DNA from: Nitrospirales bacterium
GTDB taxonomy: Bacteria > Nitrospirota > Nitrospiria > Nitrospirales > UBA8639
Direction of reading: 5' to 3'
DNA: 64,000 nucleotides
NCBI GenBank assembly: GCA_965203295.1
Contig: CBDBCZ010000012.1
Coordinates: 256,001 to 320,000, forward strand
Below, piece by piece: positions 59,601-64,000 of this stretch. Both the position numbers and the translations under genes were made by a program. Position 1 is the stretch's first letter. Every line of letters begins with the position of its first letter. A model generated the notes under the pieces. That model was not told the DNA's origin. It was given only the letters and a program-made list of their open reading frames with translations, and did not search any database.

Positions 59601-60553
59601 AAGGCAGACAGCTTCCTTGGAATCTATTCAGCTAGGAGCAGCTAAAAAGATGCTTGGCTGCTCTTCTAAAACGTGTAATGAAGCAGAAAGGGGGGATGGG
59701 GTTAGAATCTTTGAAAGGCAGGAGGGATAGATGCAAACTTAAGTGGTGGTATAAAGTCAATAGTTTGAATGCTGAGAGATATCCTAGATTACTACTAGAC
59801 AGTGAGTGGGAAGTGAAGCCGTGTAGGGGTAGGCAGAGGAAGACCTGGAGGAAAGTAATTAGTGAATTGTTGTTGCAGTTAAATCTAGACAGTCAGGAAA
59901 TACTAGCTGAAGATTATAATGTAAACTTGTTTTTAGAGAGAGTAGATGAAGCATTGAGATGCAGAGAATATAAAGATTTTAATGATGGCTTAAATAGTAA
60001 AGTTAAACTTAGTCTTTACAAGTCTTGTTTGTAAGGAAATAGAATTTAAAAATTACTTGCAGGGGGTTGGGGATCCAGGAACACGATTGTTGTTTAAGTT
60101 TAGGTCTGGTACTAATGGTCTGAATGAAGGCATCGGGGTAAAAATGATGATAGGCAGTGTAAGTTGTGTGGGGATGAATGTGAGAGTGTGGTACATGTGC
60201 TCTGGGAGTGTCCTGCGTATGATACTTTTAGAAGTACTTTCATGGAAGACTTAGACAATCTGTTGGGTGGAAGTTTTGAAGAGTTTAGTGCACTCAATAA
60301 TTTCGAGAGGACGGGCTTTGTTTTAGGGTGTGAGAATTGGGAAAGATATGATTTTAAGGCTTTATTAAGGCTAGTTAAGAGTTTTATTTTATTAATCTGG
60401 GATACTAGAAAGAATAAATTATATGGCGATCAGGATGGTAATGGTGAGACATCTGGTTGCTCTTGCTCTTGTCCTCTGACTGGAGATCTTTCAAGCTCCG
60501 CCTGCGTATGTGGGTGCGTGGTCAATGGCGTAAGCGCTACGGCAGCAACATGA
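56634..60553 (+). pseudogene. Endonuclease-reverse transcriptase polyprotein ORF with four frameshifts after the FADD motif
   Basis: Open to 59372, continued by ORFs 59308-59730, 59654-60034, 60057-60254 and 60164-60553. Lesions near 59365, 59697, 60026 and 60129. Confidence 0.9.
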
Positions 60554-60557
60554 GTAT
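56634..60557 (+). mobile_element. Young near-complete non-LTR retrotransposon (APE + RT + CCHC; RTE-X-like)
   Basis: APE motifs (VATWN, QESW, GDFNA, IDY, SDH), RT motifs (YRGITLL, QAGFR, FLDVQKAFD, QGCSMSP, FADD) and C-terminal CKLC...HVLWEC. Flanked by ATTAT (56629-56633 and 60558-60562). Clade assignment is tentative. Confidence 0.95.
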
Positions 60558-60779
60558 ATTATTGATCTGGGATACTAGGAAGAATAAAATACATGGTGAT
60601 CGAGATAATGAAACATCTGTTTGTTCTTGCTCGGACTGGAGATCTTACAACTGTGTATGTGGGTGCGTGCTCAATGTCATACGCGCTACAACAGTGACAC
60701 GAGTGTAATATTACTACCTATCTGCATTATACAATGTAGCAGCTGCAGTTGATGTGCCATTCTTGTGAAATGTACAAAC

Positions 60780-61338
60780 CTGTGAAACAGTGTATCCCTT
60801 GCGGACAGTACTGAAGGAAACAGAGCTACTCTTTCGAGTAGACCTAAAGGTAGAGCTGGCTTTACTGCGCAGTGACTTTGCTCGGGTACTGTGCCACACC
60901 TGAGAGAAGAGAGAGCAGGAATATTAAGGTAATAACTCCACGGACAAACCTGTAAGATCTGACGATAAAGGAGCAGGCACACCAGCCTCGTTCCCAGGCT
61001 TTACTTCCCAGCAGAAAAGCTGGGAAGTAGAGCCTGGGAACAAGGCTACAGGCACACGTAAAAGGCACCGCTCTTGTTGTCTAGATGTTTTCACCCAAGA
61101 GTTCTACTATAAATCTCCATGGCTAGGAATGATGATGACTTCTTGTACTTACTATTTAAGGTACATGTAGGTGGTACCACATCCTTGAACACATCAATTA
61201 AAACTGCTTGCTAACCCTCAGTCATCAATGTTTATTGGGGTGGGGATGTTACAAGACTACATTGCACCATTGCATATCTTCAGTTTGAACACATACAAAA
61301 TCCACTTTTTCACTTCTTGGAACATGAAACAGGAAAAA
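60780..61338 (-). pseudogene. Adhesion GPCR unit 5 remnant (C-tail exon and part of the TM7-end exon)
   Basis: VWHSTRAKSLRSKASSTFRSTRKSSSVSFSTVRKGYTVSQ exon (60780-60899). Homology to the other units ends abruptly at ~61338. Confidence 0.8.
60983..61048. mobile_element. Hairpin MITE with perfect 9-bp TSD, same site as 37148-37219
   Basis: CAGGCACAC at 60974-60982 and 61049-61057. Confidence 0.85.
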
Positions 61339-63275
61339 GCAAAATGCAAAATTTGTACTTAGAAGTTCCTAAGGAAGCATTAGGAATTTTAAAACCTTCT
61401 GAGACTTCTTCCAGGCAAAGGTTAAATGAATCTACTGGCAAAGTAAAAATTAACAGCTAGCTTTTGCTGATGAATCATGCAGGTAGTCCTCACAAACAGA
61501 TATTTTAGTTCTTGTTCCGAAATCTGGCTCCAGGTGGACCAAATTTAAAAGGCCTAGCTACTTGATGTAGATGACCAGCTGCAAGTTAGAGACTCAGGTA
61601 CTTTCCTTAATAGCCTCACTTTACAAACCTCATGGACTCACAGGATCCTCTTTCAATCTCTTCTGGTGTGTCTGGTTCATCCTGTGAGAAAGGGGGTATA
61701 TTACGTACGTATATGTATGCACATACACTACACATACACTGCAACAGTAGCTATGATGGTACATGTATACGGATAATTAATGGTATCATACTTTGACAAT
61801 ATATACTGGTATTATTGTATTTTCCATCATTTGAATGCAATGAGTGGTGTGTTCATATGTTAGGCATTGTAGTTGTTCCAGTGCTGGTGCTAGCCATGTT
61901 AGTTAGGCTATGATTGGTTACCACAGTGCTGCAGCGGGAACTTTAACGTAACACAGCTGGTAGCAATATCACAGCTGCTGGCAAAGCTGACCAAAAATTT
62001 CATGGTAGTTCTATGTGTAACAGTTACCTTGCTGTCGTGATCTGAGGGCTTGTGCTACCTGAGAAGGGCTTGGATCTGCAGAGTCAAAGCCAAGGGCTGG
62101 GCTCCCATCGTAAGGTTTGTGATTTTAATATGAGCAAAAGGTTACTGTTTATCTGTACATATGATTAGCTAAAAGCTGAGCTGTTATTCACTTCATATTT
62201 GGTTAAAACTGGTCTTTTTCCCCCTCTCCATAAGTTTCTCCTTCACTGTAAGATTTTTTATGGTGAAAGAGTTTTTTCATACACATCACTCTATTTCACT
62301 GTACATTCACAAAGGCTGCAAGATGAGCGTGCAGAGGTGGAGGAACAGAGAGAGCACTTTACCAAGCTAGGGGAGGAATTGCAGCCTGGAGATGGACAGA
62401 AGGTGGAGTGCATGGTGCAGACTCACAATACAAACTCAACTGACTAAACTAGAGCTGAGATGGGCCAAAGAATTTGGGTACAATTTTTTTGTGGCCAGCA
62501 TACCTGATTGTATTGCAATCTACTGCACATTCTCTATTATACTAAGATACGTAAGTTTAAGTGCTACTGATTATTAATGGAGTTGTTGTAGGTGTTTACA
62601 ATATAATTCTTAGGATAGACTAGTTTAGTGCAGGCGCAATTAATGACATCTCATGATTATATCAATCTTTCACTTGCTATGTATGTACATAGCAAGTGGT
62701 GGGGTTGTACCTCTACAAAGATTTGCAGTGGACAGCTTTATAATGTTAATGTCAGACAGGGTAAGAACAATCTCAGGCCCTGCGAAATATTATCACCCCC
62801 TGCATGTACAGATTTGGAAGGTATTGGGGTCAAAGTACAATGTAAGATAACCTTTTCATCTCAGCAGCAAGCCTGCGCTCTAACTGTGACTCAGATTCAT
62901 GTCTAATCCGATCTTTTGCCTAGTAGCAGCAAAGGAAAGGGAAATAAGTTCAAATATTTGCACTGTAATATAACGATCATTTGGACAGCTTATTGGAACA
63001 CTTCAGACTTACTAATGTCTCTACTGCCACAATGAAGAAGCTGAACATTTAAGAAAACAATTGCTACATTATTCTGCATCCAAACTACATGGGTAAGAGT
63101 TGACTCATTAGTCTACCAGGCTATTGAAAGGTTCGTAACAACTCTGCAGCTGGTTGCTGGTAGTATACATATACATCTAACATGATCAGTAACGTAATTT
63201 GGCAAAAACATGCATATGTACACATCACACATATGTATGTTACTTCTCTACATACATCATTCACAAAATATATAC

Positions 63276-63805
63276 CACTTATTTCCAGGTCTGCTATCTT
63301 GCCATACAAGGCATCTCTCTCAGGCTGAGCTTGACTCATTAGTTGTTGGTGGGCCTCCAGAACTGCTGCCTATGAAGGAGAAGTATTGGGAGAATCATTT
63401 CAACAGCAGTAGATTCAGCATGGCAGATTTGTCTCAATCGCACCCTTCCCACCTTTTGCTTTTGAGCTTTCTCCCTTCCTCTTTCAAGCCTCTCAATTTC
63501 TTCATGACCCAAAATATTCTCCCTATAGCAGCAGTATATAGATGTGGGCTGTATCTCAATTATCGCGAATAGCTAGTATGGTCTAGCTGTTGAGGCTGGT
63601 ATGTTTGTACACGTATTCTAGCTGTGGTTATATCTTAATTATTGTACTAATAGTATGAACCTGTGTTCAAGCTGTTGCTTCAACTTTGTGATCTCTTGCT
63701 GATAGGCTGACAGCAATGCTTTCTGTGACATGTCCTTGTTGATGTGCGCAGTGGTCTTGATACTTTTTGCCACGAGTATTCAAATGTGGGTATAGAAAGA
63801 GAATA
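63276..63805 (-). pseudogene. Decayed kinesin-like gene fragment (motor end, neck, coiled coil)
   Basis: Three phase-compatible exons: AKSIKTTAHINKDMSQKALLSAYQQEITKLKQQLEH (63661-63770), RENILGHEEIERLERGREKAQKQK and AAVLEAHQQLMSQAQPERDALYGKIADLE. Resembles the RAKxIK...N neck of N-kinesins; the frame is broken just upstream. Confidence 0.5.
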
Positions 63806-64000
63806 CTGCTAAGAAAAAACTGATAAGGGGCATAATCAACTGTTTTAATAAGTGTAAAGACAAATTAATCTGAAGGAAAGCAGATTTAGCCAGTGACTCT
63901 GAACACAACACTAGGTGTGCTAGTAGTGGTGGCTGCCAGCAGATACGTACACAACTCAACCGTTTCTAGTATGAAGTATGAACGTGAACAGACTGCTACG

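Larger units (their letters stand above)
53929..60709 (+). mobile_element. Degenerate APE-RT LINE, old copy 4, interrupted by the young LINE
   Basis: TSD 53914-53928 / 60710-60724. Old sequence stops at 56633 and resumes at 60563. Confidence 0.9.

Overview
Eukaryotic (animal) genomic DNA, probably a sponge (inferred from repeat types, short introns and the adhesion-GPCR expansion). About 1-61.3 kb is a head-to-tail array of four large and one truncated copy of a minus-strand adhesion GPCR gene fragment (GAIN/GPS + 7TM + C-tail). Pooling the copies gives 16 phase-compatible exons, but every copy is disabled. Most units carry an old 5'-truncated APE-RT LINE with a 15-bp TSD, an internal inversion and a nested DINE-1/HINE-like element, and three units carry a Helentron-type element or its remnant. 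In the last unit a young near-complete copy of the same LINE family (56634-60557) has inserted into the old copy. The best candidate for something new is a 2486-bp TA-flanked IS630/Tc1-like DD34E transposon (46530-49015, 24-bp TIRs) that carries a second, spliced, convergent gene with a SHOCT-like C-terminus. It is nested in an unclassified element that sits inside the Helentron. The last ~2.6 kb is unique sequence with decayed kinesin-like exons. All assignments come from reading motifs by eye; no database searches were run.
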